This document shows, piece by piece, positions 8,970-18,067 of a stretch of 64,000 bases of DNA (position 1 is the first letter of the stretch; each line of letters starts with the position of its first letter). The stretch lies in assembly GCA_036012755.1 (NCBI GenBank), contig DASCPX010000193.1, positions 32,001-96,000 on the forward strand, written 5' to 3'. The notes below the pieces were generated by a model. It saw nothing but the letters and a program-made list of their open reading frames with translations. It made no database searches and was not told the origin of the DNA. Both the position numbers and the translations under genes were made by a program. The DNA comes from Myxococcota bacterium (GTDB taxonomy: Bacteria; Myxococcota_A; UBA796; CAJQPC01).

Positions 8970-9012
8970 ACAGAAAAAGTGCAGTGATTCGGCCTGCTTC
9001 GAAAAAAGGGCC

Positions 9013-9077
9013 CTGCGACCCGAACGTCGCAGATGGGGACTCCGTACACCGATCTTGTGTTGGGGATTTCATACACC
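9013..9077. promoter_or_regulatory. Putative enhancer-binding-protein sites: 7-bp palindrome plus imperfect 17-bp direct repeat
   Basis: CTGCGAC-N6-GTCGCAG (9013-9032); TGGGGACTCCGTACACC (9034-9050) and TGGGGATTTCATACACC (9061-9077), 14/17 identical; about 70-135 nt upstream of the predicted sigma54 start. Confidence 0.5.
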
Positions 9078-9143
9078 ATCGGCGGCCTCGGGGATCGCCG
9101 GCTTGAAAGGTGGCCATCGCTGGGCGATCCTTGGGCCCACCGA

Positions 9144-10718
9144 ATGCCGGACACTCCACTCGAGCACGAGAACACCTCTGGACTCGTCGATCCCTTGATC
9201 GGCCGGGTGCTCGCGGGCCGGTTCCGGATCCTCGAGTGCATCGCCCAAGGCGGCATGGGGCGCATCTACCGCGCAGAGCAGGCCCCGCTGGGCCGCACGG
9301 TGGCGGTGAAGGTCCTTCACCTCGACGCTCGCAACCAGGATGACGGCAACTTCCGCGAGCGCTTCTTCCGCGAGGCCTCGGTCTGCGCCCGCCTGACCCA
9401 CCCGAACACGGTCCGCATCTTCGACTACGGGACCGACAACGGGGTCTACTTCATCGCGATGGAGTACCTGGAGGGGCGGACACTGAACGACCTCATCCGC
9501 AAGGAAGGGCCGCTGAGCATCGACCGCACGATCACCATCGCGCGCCAGATCTGCCGCTCGCTCGAGCAGGCCCACGGCCAGGGGGTGATCCATCGGGATC
9601 TGAAACCGGCCAACGTCTTCCTCGCTGCGCACGGGCCGGACGAGTTCGTGAAGGTCCTGGACTTCGGGCTCGTGAAGGCGGTCGACTCGAAGTCGCATGT
9701 CACCCAGACCGGGAACATCCTCGGCTCTCCCGCCTACATGAGCCCGGAGCAGGTCCTCGGCACGCCTGTGACCGGGCGAGCCGACGTCTACGCGCTGGGA
9801 GTCATCCTCTACGCCTGCGTGACCCGCAACCTGCCCTTCAAGCGGGACAATCCGCTGGCCGTGCTCAACGCTCAGGCCCACGCCGAGCCCCCACCTTTTT
9901 CGAAGACCGCACCTGACCTCGACATCCCCTGCTCGCTGGAGTGGGTCGTCATGCGCTGCCTCGAGAAGAAGCCAGAGGACCGCCTCGCCTCGATGGCGGA
10001 GCTCGAGCGAGCCTTGAAGCTCGTGGACATGGAGCTGCACGGATCCCTGGAGGGCTTCGACTGGCAGCTGACCGACGGGCGCCTGGACCTGCCCCCCGGG
10101 ATCGAAGACTCGGGGATCGAACGCACCCCGCGACCTTCGCCGACGCCTTCCACGGCCGTCCAGGATGCGCCGAGCAGCCCGACGCTGAACACGCAGCCGG
10201 ACTCCGGCCGGCCGGTGAAGAAGTTCGTGCTCGCCGCGGTCATCGTGCTGCTCCTGGGCTTCGGGGCGATGTTGGCCCTGGCGGTCGGCTTCTTCGTCGC
10301 TCTCCAGCCCGAGCCGCTGGAGCCCACCGAGCCGGTCCCCGCAGAGGTCGAGGTCGTGGCGGAGCCTCCAGTCGACATCGCCGCGGAGCTGGGTTTCGAG
10401 CCCTCGGAGACCTCGGAGGCCTCGGAGGACGTGGGCTCGGAGGCCTCGGAGGACGTGGGCTCAGAGGCCCCCGTGGAGCTCACCGAGACGAAGAAGGCCA
10501 CCCCGAAGACCACCAGGAAGACGACCTCGAACAGGGGTCGTGGGACCACTACGAAGCGGAGTCCGACGACCGGGACCACCGGCACCTCCACGACGAGCGA
10601 AGATCCGCCCGTCGAACCCCCTGACGAGGCCGGCGAGGGCCAGGACCCGGAGCAGGACCCTGACGACTGGGGTAGCGTGAAGCCCGCCTCCGACCTCAAG
10701 GATCCCTGGGCAGATTGA
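9144..10718 (+). CDS. Hanks-type Ser/Thr protein kinase with one TM helix and low-complexity external tail
   Basis: GGMGRIY, VAVKVL, IHRDLKPANV, DFG, GSPAYMSPEQ, DVYALG; TM segment FVLAAVIVLLLGFGAMLALAVGFF; ATG 9144 preferred over 9033. Confidence 0.95.
   Translation: MPDTPLEHENTSGLVDPLIGRVLAGRFRILECIAQGGMGRIYRAEQAPLGRTVAVKVLHLDARNQDDGNFRERFFREASVCARLTHPNTVRIFDYGTDNGVYFIAMEYLEGRTLNDLIRKEGPLSIDRTITIARQICRSLEQAHGQGVIHRDLKPANVFLAAHGPDEFVKVLDFGLVKAVDSKSHVTQTGNILGSPAYMSPEQVLGTPVTGRADVYALGVILYACVTRNLPFKRDNPLAVLNAQAHAEPPPFSKTAPDLDIPCSLEWVVMRCLEKKPEDRLASMAELERALKLVDMELHGSLEGFDWQLTDGRLDLPPGIEDSGIERTPRPSPTPSTAVQDAPSSPTLNTQPDSGRPVKKFVLAAVIVLLLGFGAMLALAVGFFVALQPEPLEPTEPVPAEVEVVAEPPVDIAAELGFEPSETSEASEDVGSEASEDVGSEAPVELTETKKATPKTTRKTTSNRGRGTTTKRSPTTGTTGTSTTSEDPPVEPPDEAGEGQDPEQDPDDWGSVKPASDLKDPWAD
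10412..10469 (+). repeat. 24-bp tandem repeat (two perfect copies plus a partial third) inside the kinase tail, encoding SEASEDVG
   Basis: CTCGGAGGCCTCGGAGGACGTGGG x2 at 10412-10459, then CTCAGAGGCC. Confidence 0.9.
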
Positions 10719-11401
10719 CCCTCGCACTGCTGATGCTCCTCACCGGGAGCGCCCTCGCGCAGGACTCCGACGCGCGCGCCAGGGAGCTCTATGAAAACGG
10801 CGCCATCCTCTACGAGGAGGGGCGCTACGAGGACGCGATCGTCGCCTGGGAGGAGGCCTATCGCCTCTCCGACCGCCACGCGCTGCTCTACAACATCGCC
10901 AACGCCTACGAGCGGCTGGGCCAGTACGAGGAGGCCATCGTCGCGCTGGGTCGCTACCGGGCCTACGCCCCGGCCACCGAGCGCGAGGTCCTCGACCGCC
11001 GCCTGAGGAACATCGAGCGCCGCATGCTGGAGGAACAGGGCTCGTCGACCTCTACGGTCACGCCGGTGGATCCCACACCCAGGCCGGTCGAAGGCTCGAC
11101 CATCCAGGCCCTGCCAGTCGGGCTCCTGAGCGTCGGCGCGCTGGCCCTGGGCACGGGCACGGCGATGGCCATCCGCTCGCAGTCCGCCGGCGTCGAGCTG
11201 GAGGTCGCCTGCGTCGAGGGGATGTGCCCGGACAGCGCCCAGTCGCTGCTCGACAGGAACCGGCGATCGGCGATCATCGCCGACGTGGGCTTCGCGGTCG
11301 GCACGGCCGCAGCCGCGACGGGGGTCGTGGTGCTGGTGATCGACGGGCGAGCCACGGTCGCGCCGGTGCCGGGCGGGTTGGTCCTGGAGGGCCGCTGGTG
11401 A
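10715..11401 (+). CDS. Exported tetratricopeptide-repeat protein with C-terminal hydrophobic hairpin
   Basis: TTGA overlap with kinase stop; signal ..SALA/Q; ARELYENG..LYEEGRYEDAI..W..AY..LLYNIA.AYERLG TPRs. Confidence 0.85.
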   Translation: MTLALLMLLTGSALAQDSDARARELYENGAILYEEGRYEDAIVAWEEAYRLSDRHALLYNIANAYERLGQYEEAIVALGRYRAYAPATEREVLDRRLRNIERRMLEEQGSSTSTVTPVDPTPRPVEGSTIQALPVGLLSVGALALGTGTAMAIRSQSAGVELEVACVEGMCPDSAQSLLDRNRRSAIIADVGFAVGTAAAATGVVVLVIDGRATVAPVPGGLVLEGRW

Positions 11402-12861
11402 TCCTGCTCGTCCTCGGCTGCACCCTCGCCCGCTATGAGCAGGTCGACTGCGTGGACCACGGCGAGTGCCGGGAGACCTTCGGGCTGCTCTGGGTGTGCG
11501 GCGAAGAGGGCTTGTGTGCCGAGTCCGAGCCCCACCCACGGTGCCTCTCGACCTGGCCGGACGACCTCTTCATCCGACCCGAGAACTACGGCGACCACAT
11601 CCTGATCGGCTCGATGTTCGACCACTCCTCCGACGCAGCCGAGGTCCAGGCTTCTCGGCTGCCAGTCATGCAGGTCTCCGACGAGGGCGGCGTAGAGGAC
11701 ACCGAATACGCCATGGTGGAGTGCTCCTACGAGACCGACTCCTCCCTGGACGAACTCGACTATCCGAGCTCCGCGAGGGAGACCTCGCAGTGGATGGTGG
11801 ACGTGCTCGGCATCCAGGGAATCGTCGGTCCGGCGACGTCCTCCCAGACCCAGGAGGCCTACAACGCGACCGCGGACCGAGGGGTGCTCATCATGAGCCC
11901 CTCGGCGACCTCGCCGACCTTGATCAACATCGATGGTCTCGAGAAGACCGACGAGGACCCCGGCATGCTCTGGCGGACCGCCCCGCCCGACTCGCTCCAG
12001 GGGGTGGCCGTCGCAGAGGACATGAAGAGCCGTGGCCTGCGGGACGTGGCCGTCATGTACCAGACCGGCCCCTACGGCGAGGGCCTCGCGGAGGTCTTCC
12101 TGGAGAGCTTCCAGGACGACTCGCACGACGCCGTCGCGCTGGAGTTCGAGACGACCACCGAGATCACGGAGGGCACAAGCGATCTGTTCGTTGACGAACC
12201 GGGGCTAGAGGAGGTCTTCTTCATCTCCAGCGAGCTCACGGACATCACGGCCTTCATCAACGCCGCTGGAGAACTCAGCGCCTTCACCAGCGATGGCGCC
12301 GGCATCTTCCTCGCGGACGGCGCCGCGGATGACCAGCTCTTCGAGCAGACGGACTCGGACCTCTACGACAGCATCCGCGGGACCCGACCATCGGTACCCA
12401 GCGGTCTCGTCTACGAGACCTTCGCCTCGGCCTATGCGGCGGCCTATCCGGGAGACAAGGCGGACGACTCGGTCTACACGGCCTACGCCTTCGACGCGAC
12501 CTGGCTCGTGATCTACGGCACAGCCTGGTCGTACTACCGAGACGGCGAAGCGGGGGTGATCGACGGCCGCGGCATCGGCCAGGGCCTGCGGCGGATCTCC
12601 AACGGCACGGAGATCCTCATCCGTCCGACCTACTGGAACGACGTCAAGGCGCGGTTCTCCCTGTCCCAGGGTATCGACGTGCAGGGGGCCTCTGGCGTGC
12701 TGGACTACGACCCGGACACGGAAGAGACGACGGCGCCGATCGAGGTCTGGCAGATCAACTCATGGGGCGATGGCTTCGAGCACTGCAAGACCTTCTGCTG
12801 GGAAGACGGCGCCCCCGTCGAGTGCACCTTGGGAACCGAGGTCGACTGCGGCGACGACTAG
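11398..12861 (+). CDS. Lipoprotein, LivJ/LivK-like (type 1 periplasmic-binding) domain with Cys-rich N-terminus
   Basis: GTGA overlap; MILLVLGC; GIVGPATSS, MSPSATSPTL, LWRTAPPDSLQG, YGEGLAEVF, AYAFDA, GASGVLDYD. Confidence 0.85.
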   Translation: MILLVLGCTLARYEQVDCVDHGECRETFGLLWVCGEEGLCAESEPHPRCLSTWPDDLFIRPENYGDHILIGSMFDHSSDAAEVQASRLPVMQVSDEGGVEDTEYAMVECSYETDSSLDELDYPSSARETSQWMVDVLGIQGIVGPATSSQTQEAYNATADRGVLIMSPSATSPTLINIDGLEKTDEDPGMLWRTAPPDSLQGVAVAEDMKSRGLRDVAVMYQTGPYGEGLAEVFLESFQDDSHDAVALEFETTTEITEGTSDLFVDEPGLEEVFFISSELTDITAFINAAGELSAFTSDGAGIFLADGAADDQLFEQTDSDLYDSIRGTRPSVPSGLVYETFASAYAAAYPGDKADDSVYTAYAFDATWLVIYGTAWSYYRDGEAGVIDGRGIGQGLRRISNGTEILIRPTYWNDVKARFSLSQGIDVQGASGVLDYDPDTEETTAPIEVWQINSWGDGFEHCKTFCWEDGAPVECTLGTEVDCGDD

Positions 12862-12871
12862 TGCCCGTCCA

Positions 12872-12901
12872 GGGGGGCCCTGCCCCCCGGGCCTACGGCC
12901 C
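12872..12901. repeat. Double GC-rich hairpin between convergent genes (REP-like or terminator)
   Basis: GGGGGG-CCCTG-CCCCCC followed directly by GGGCC-TAC-GGCCC. Confidence 0.5.
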
Positions 12902-14103
12902 TACAATCCCCCCACCCAGGTCCGGATCTCGCTCGGGCGCTCGGCGGTCCACTCGAGGAAACAGGCGACCCGCGCGTCCCGGTCCTCTACGGTCCAGTTG
13001 ACCGATGTCTCGAGCGGCGGGTAGTCCTCGAGCATGTCCCGGTTGCGCTCCATGGCATCTACGAGGTCGGCTGACTCCATCCAGTCCGCGACCCCGAGCA
13101 TCGCCGCTCCAAGGTCCTCTCGGCAGCCCTCGTCGGACATGCAGAACGAGCCCAGCCAGCCCACCGAACTGGATGTGTCGACGTCCCGGTACAGCGGCTC
13201 GCAGTCGGGGTTGGCCGCCGAGGGCGGGTAGGCGTAGATGAACGTGGAGTCCGCACCCCAGGGAGACAGGCTCAGTCGGTCCTCGGCCGGGTCGTGGTAG
13301 ACGAAGAAGTTGTTGAGGTTGAAGCTGTAGCTGTCGGGGTGGTTCACCGCTCGCTCGACAGCCAGGAAGGCTATCAATGCCTCCCAGTCGAAGGCCCCCA
13401 TCAGCGCCTCCGCGGTGCCCTCGGCGACCGCCTCGCAACCGCGCACGAGTCCGTCTTCGTCGAAGTCGTCTCCGGTCTCCTGCAGATCGAAGCAGCTGCA
13501 GTCGCTGGTGAAGTCGCAGTTCCGGGTCATCTCCCACAGTCCGCCGTTGCTGTCGGGCCAGGTGTGGTCGATGAAGGCATCGTCCATCGACTCGAGGATC
13601 GCGTACAGACCCAGGTATCGATCGTTCAGGGTCACGGCAGCGTAGCCAGTGCGAGGGGCCGGACTGCCGTTGGCCCGAAAGGTCCAGTAGGCCATGGTCT
13701 CCGCCATCATCGTCGGGTCCCAGACCTCGTTGTTCATCGTCAGGCGCTCGAGCCCATGCAGCCGCTGTCCCTCGACGTACTCGTCGAGCTTGATCTTCCA
13801 GGCGGGCTTCTGATCGACGGTCTGGAAGCTGGCGCTGCCCTTCAGCCGGACGCCCACGTGCTCCCAGGCGCTCCCCCCGAAGACCAGGCTCCCCTCCACC
13901 CAGACCGTGGGCTGAGCGCGCAGCGCCGCCACCGCCTCGTCCTCGAGGACGATGGTGACCTCGTGGACCAGGTGGGGGTCGAAGACCGGGTCGGAACCGG
14001 GCACCGACTCGACACCGGCGTCCGAGTCACCGGTCTCCCCGATCACGGGCAGGCTGTTTCCGGCGGTACAAGAGGACAACAGCGCAGGGAGGAGCACCGA
14101 CAC
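12901..14103 (-). CDS. CotH kinase family lipoprotein
   Basis: VGVRLKGSASF, KPAWKIKLD, APRTGYA.V..N..YLGLYAILE, NNFFVY, PWGADSTF; LLSSC lipobox. Confidence 0.9.
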   Translation of the reverse strand: MSVLLPALLSSCTAGNSLPVIGETGDSDAGVESVPGSDPVFDPHLVHEVTIVLEDEAVAALRAQPTVWVEGSLVFGGSAWEHVGVRLKGSASFQTVDQKPAWKIKLDEYVEGQRLHGLERLTMNNEVWDPTMMAETMAYWTFRANGSPAPRTGYAAVTLNDRYLGLYAILESMDDAFIDHTWPDSNGGLWEMTRNCDFTSDCSCFDLQETGDDFDEDGLVRGCEAVAEGTAEALMGAFDWEALIAFLAVERAVNHPDSYSFNLNNFFVYHDPAEDRLSLSPWGADSTFIYAYPPSAANPDCEPLYRDVDTSSSVGWLGSFCMSDEGCREDLGAAMLGVADWMESADLVDAMERNRDMLEDYPPLETSVNWTVEDRDARVACFLEWTAERPSEIRTWVGGL

Positions 14104-14133
14104 CCCCGCAGGCTACCGCGCGGACCCCTCACG

Positions 14134-15480
14134 TCAGTCGTCGTGCCGTCGTGCCTCCTCGATTCCCCAGGCGATCGCGGTCAGGCTGCGCTTCGCCTTC
14201 GACCCGAAGGTGGCGGCCAGTCGCTCGCCGATGAGGTTGGCGTCCAGCACACCGAGCCTGGTCAGCGCCCAGGCCATCGCCGCCGTGGCAGCGTTCTTGG
14301 CTCCGGCCGTCTTCCGGAAGGGAAGTCTGACAACGGCGGCCCTGATGCCATCTGGCACCTCGAGGGTCGTATCGACCACGAGCAGGGAGTCCGGGCGCAG
14401 GGAGGCCAGGGTTCCGCGCCCGGCGAGCTTCGCGATGCCGTCCACTGAGACCGCGATGACGCAGTCCGGCGAGACGATGCCCGTGTAGTGGATGGGGTCG
14501 GCGGACAGGATGAGCTCCGAGATGGAGTGCCCTGTGCCCTGGGTCACGAGGTTGTCGTTCTTCTGTGTCGCATACAACCCGGCTTCGACGGCCAGGGTGG
14601 CGGTGGTCCTGACCGTGGTCTGGACCCGCTCGCCGGCGGTGCCCGCGATGACGAGGCTGAGCGACCCGACCAGATCGTGCTCCGGCGGACTGGCCGCGGA
14701 CGCAGGTCCGGACTTCGGCGCACCCTGGGCCCTGCCCTGCAGCGCTCGGCGGTAGGTCGTGCGGTCCGTCCGGTGGGTGCCGATCCCGAGAGGCTCGCCA
14801 GTGGCGGCGGCGATCTCGCGCAGCTTCCTCGCGTTCATGGCGTTCCACTTCACGCTGAACGCCGTGCACAGCTCCAACACCTCGACCACGGCGAAGCCCG
14901 GATGCTCGATGGCCTCGAGGATGCGGTCGGGGAGCGCCTTGTCCGTGGCGATCTCCCGTGCCAGGAAGGTTGCGCCAGCGGCCCGGAGCATGCCGAGGAT
15001 GTCCATCGGAGGGAGCGGGTTGCCTGCGGGCGTCGTCGGGCTGACCCAGTCGTCCGGAGACAGCCCGGAGGCCTGGCCCCCCGTCATCCCATACAGATGG
15101 TTGTTGTGCAGCACCACCGTGACGTCGACGTTGAGCTGGGCAGCTGCGAGCAGGTGGAGGAGCCCGATCGTAGCGCCGCCGTCTCCGATCACGACCACTG
15201 TCCGGAGTCGGCCGTCGTTGAGCACGCCGTCGGTGACGCTGATCCCGGTCGCGAAGGCGGTCGAGCGTCCGTGGGTGGTGTGGACCGTGTGGACGCTTGG
15301 GAGCAGACGATCGACGAGGCCCACGCAGCCGATGTCGCTCACCACGCAGAGGTCGGTGTGGGGCAGCCCCGTGCGCTCCAGGGCGGTCGCTAGGGCCCTG
15401 GTGATCAGGGTGTGGCCGCAGCCCGCGCAGTAGGGGAACGGCACGGACCCGAGGACGCCGCCCTTCTCCTCACAGTGCAT
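14134..15480 (-). CDS. 2-oxoacid:ferredoxin oxidoreductase beta subunit fused to a gamma-type domain
   Basis: YCAGCGH, SDIGC, HTTHGRS, GDGG..NN..YGMTGGQ (TPP-binding); C-terminal IAGTAGERVQ...SADPIHY gamma-like domain. Confidence 0.85.
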   Translation of the reverse strand: MHCEEKGGVLGSVPFPYCAGCGHTLITRALATALERTGLPHTDLCVVSDIGCVGLVDRLLPSVHTVHTTHGRSTAFATGISVTDGVLNDGRLRTVVVIGDGGATIGLLHLLAAAQLNVDVTVVLHNNHLYGMTGGQASGLSPDDWVSPTTPAGNPLPPMDILGMLRAAGATFLAREIATDKALPDRILEAIEHPGFAVVEVLELCTAFSVKWNAMNARKLREIAAATGEPLGIGTHRTDRTTYRRALQGRAQGAPKSGPASAASPPEHDLVGSLSLVIAGTAGERVQTTVRTTATLAVEAGLYATQKNDNLVTQGTGHSISELILSADPIHYTGIVSPDCVIAVSVDGIAKLAGRGTLASLRPDSLLVVDTTLEVPDGIRAAVVRLPFRKTAGAKNAATAAMAWALTRLGVLDANLIGERLAATFGSKAKRSLTAIAWGIEEARRHDD

Positions 15481-16594
15481 CGACGACCTCCTGTGGCCGG
15501 ATCATCGCGCCCATCCTGTTGACGCCCACGACGGTCTTGCCCCTGAGCACATCACCGAGGGCCATGCGGTACTGACCGCCGAGGTTCTCCTCGACGACCA
15601 CCACCCGCTCGATGCCCTCGAGGGCTCTGGCCAGGGCAGTCCGCGGCAGGGGGAAGAGGGTCCGCGCGTTGACCATGGACACCGCGACCCCTCTCGAGCG
15701 GGCGATGGCGAGCGCGTCCCGGCAGGCCCGGGCCGACACGCCGTAGGAGATGAGCAGCGTCCGGGCGCCCGGATCAGGGTCCCAGTCCACCGTGGCCAGC
15801 TCGGGCTCCGCGGCGTCGATCTTCCGCTGGAGGTGGCGGAGCACCGAGAGGGTCTCAGGGTCGTCCTTGCGCAAGCGCCCGGCCTTGTCGTGAGCGGATC
15901 CCGTGACCGTCACCGCTGGCGAGGAGCCCACCGGGACGAAGGCGGGCACGTCCTCTTCCCGCAAGAAGGCGTAGGTGTCGAAGGGGCCGTCTCCGCTCCA
16001 ACGCGGGCGGTCGAAGTCCGGAACCGACGGAAGCCCGGCCACGTCCACCACCTCCTGCGTGCTCGAGACCTCCTTGTCGCTGAGCACGACCACGGGGGTC
16101 CGGAGGCGCTCGGACCACTCGAAGGCCCTCAGCGTGTCTTCGTAGCACTCCTGCGCGCTGGAGGGCGCGAAGATGGGGAAGGTGTAGCCACCGCTGGTAG
16201 CCATCGACACCAGCCCGATGTCTCCCTGGGCGCCCAGGGTCGCCGCCCCGGTGCAGGGGCCGAGCCGCTGGACGACGGCGACGACGAGGGGTGTCTCGGT
16301 CATCACCGCGTAGCCCACGGACTCGATCATCAGGCACCAGCCCGGACCCGAGGTCGCGGTCATCGCGCGTGCGCCGGCTATGGAGGCGCCGATGCAGTAG
16401 GCGATGGCGGAGATCTCGTCCGGGGCGGACATGCCCACTCCGCCAAGCGCAGGCAGGGCGCGGGTCATCTCCGCGAAGATCTCCGAAGCGGGCGTGATCG
16501 GGTAGCCCGCGAAGAAGCGGCAGCCGGCATCGACGGCGGCACGAGCGGACATCGAGTTGCCGGTCGTGAAGAGGCGGGCGGGGGTCATCGTCAT
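15470..16594 (-). CDS. 2-oxoacid:ferredoxin oxidoreductase alpha subunit (KorA/VorA-like)
   Basis: TGN, FFAGYPITPASE, DEISA, TATSGPG, QRLGPCTG, EEN.GGQY; ATG at 16594 (alternative 16588). Confidence 0.9.
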   Translation of the reverse strand: MTMTPARLFTTGNSMSARAAVDAGCRFFAGYPITPASEIFAEMTRALPALGGVGMSAPDEISAIAYCIGASIAGARAMTATSGPGWCLMIESVGYAVMTETPLVVAVVQRLGPCTGAATLGAQGDIGLVSMATSGGYTFPIFAPSSAQECYEDTLRAFEWSERLRTPVVVLSDKEVSSTQEVVDVAGLPSVPDFDRPRWSGDGPFDTYAFLREEDVPAFVPVGSSPAVTVTGSAHDKAGRLRKDDPETLSVLRHLQRKIDAAEPELATVDWDPDPGARTLLISYGVSARACRDALAIARSRGVAVSMVNARTLFPLPRTALARALEGIERVVVVEENLGGQYRMALGDVLRGKTVVGVNRMGAMIRPQEVVDAL

Positions 16595-16708
16595 CGCCGG
16601 CCGACGTATTCCGTTCCGAGCCGGACGGGGACCACGCCCCTGCCAGATTCTGACCTCCCCCCCTCCGATTCCCACCTCACGCTCCACCCGTCTCGATAAG
16701 AAGCCTGC

Positions 16709-18067
16709 ATGGTCATCGTCCGCTGGAACCGAGGCACCCTGGTCTTGGAGGGAGTCTCCCCCCAAGCCATGCCCCCGGGCTTCGTGTGGGACGACCGCGT
16801 GCGCAGGCCACGGGGAGAGGCCCGGCTCTACCACGACACGGTCCTGGCCCTTCACCGCGCCGGCACGCCCTACCGCGACGAGGCCCGGGGCTGGGCGACC
16901 CTGGAGCGCCCACACACCACCCCCAAGACGGCGAGGAGCTACCAGTCAGAAGCCTTCGAGGCGTGGCGGGAGGCCGGGCGTCGCGGCGTCGTGTCCCTCC
17001 CCACCGGCTCCGGGAAGAGCTTCGTCGCGGAGCTCTGCATCGCGGACACGAAGCGACCGACCCTCGTGGTGGCGCCGACCATCGACCTCTGCACCCAGTG
17101 GCAGCGGAACCTCGCCGCCGCCTTCGGGGACCCGATCGGCGGCCTCGGCGGCGGCCAGCACGCACTCGAGGACATCACCGTGTCGACCTACGACTCGGCC
17201 TACATCCACATGGAGCGCTACGGCGACCGCTTCGGCCTGGTGGTCTTCGACGAGGTCCACCACCTCCCGGCACAGGCATACGCCCAGATCGCAGAGATGA
17301 TGCTGGCGCCCTACCGCCTGGGGCTCAGCGCCACCGTCGAGCGTCAGGACGGGGCCCACCTCGACCTCGCGTCGCTGGTCGGCCCCACGATCTACGAGAA
17401 GGGCATCAAGGAGCTCTCAGGCCACGTGCTCGCGGACTACCGGGTACAGCGCGTGACGGTCGAGATGGGACCGGACCGGCAGGCGGAGTACGACGAGAAC
17501 ATGGCTCGCTATCGGGGCTTCATCGCCTCGCGCGGGATTCGACTAGGGGGGCGCAACGGCTGGCAGCGATTCCTCATGGAGGCAGCCCGCAGCAAGCAGG
17601 GCCGGGCCGCCCTGCGCTCCCACCGGGAGACCCGGCGGCTCATGCACGCCACCCCCGCCAAGCTCGACGCCCTCGATCAGATCCTCGAGCAGCACCGGGG
17701 ACAGCGGGTCATCGTCTTCACCAACGACAACGCCACGGTCTACCGCATCAGCCGGGACTTCCTCGTCCCCTGCATCACCCACCGCACGGGCACCGACGAG
17801 CGGCGGCGGGTGCTGGAGGCCTTCTCCGCCGGCGAGTACACGGTCATAGCGACGAGCCGGGTCCTCAACGAAGGCGTCGACATCCCCGAAGCCCAGGTTG
17901 GCGTGGTGCTCTCGGGCAGCGCCACCGTGCGGGAACACGTCCAGAGACTCGGCCGCATCCTCCGGCCCTTCGAGGGCAAGGAGGCAGTGCTCTACGAACT
18001 GGTCACAGAGGGCACCACAGAGGTCCGTCACTCCGAGCGCAGGAACGAGCACGATGCTTACCGGTGA
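16709..18067 (+). CDS. xpb: XPB/Rad25-like superfamily 2 DNA helicase (archaeal-type, ~450 aa)
   Basis: RSYQSEA, LPTGSGKS, DEVHHL, LGLSATVERQD (RED-like), VLNEGVDIP, QRLGRILR, LYELV; N-terminal WDDR damage-recognition-like segment. Confidence 0.9.
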   Translation: MVIVRWNRGTLVLEGVSPQAMPPGFVWDDRVRRPRGEARLYHDTVLALHRAGTPYRDEARGWATLERPHTTPKTARSYQSEAFEAWREAGRRGVVSLPTGSGKSFVAELCIADTKRPTLVVAPTIDLCTQWQRNLAAAFGDPIGGLGGGQHALEDITVSTYDSAYIHMERYGDRFGLVVFDEVHHLPAQAYAQIAEMMLAPYRLGLSATVERQDGAHLDLASLVGPTIYEKGIKELSGHVLADYRVQRVTVEMGPDRQAEYDENMARYRGFIASRGIRLGGRNGWQRFLMEAARSKQGRAALRSHRETRRLMHATPAKLDALDQILEQHRGQRVIVFTNDNATVYRISRDFLVPCITHRTGTDERRRVLEAFSAGEYTVIATSRVLNEGVDIPEAQVGVVLSGSATVREHVQRLGRILRPFEGKEAVLYELVTEGTTEVRHSERRNEHDAYR

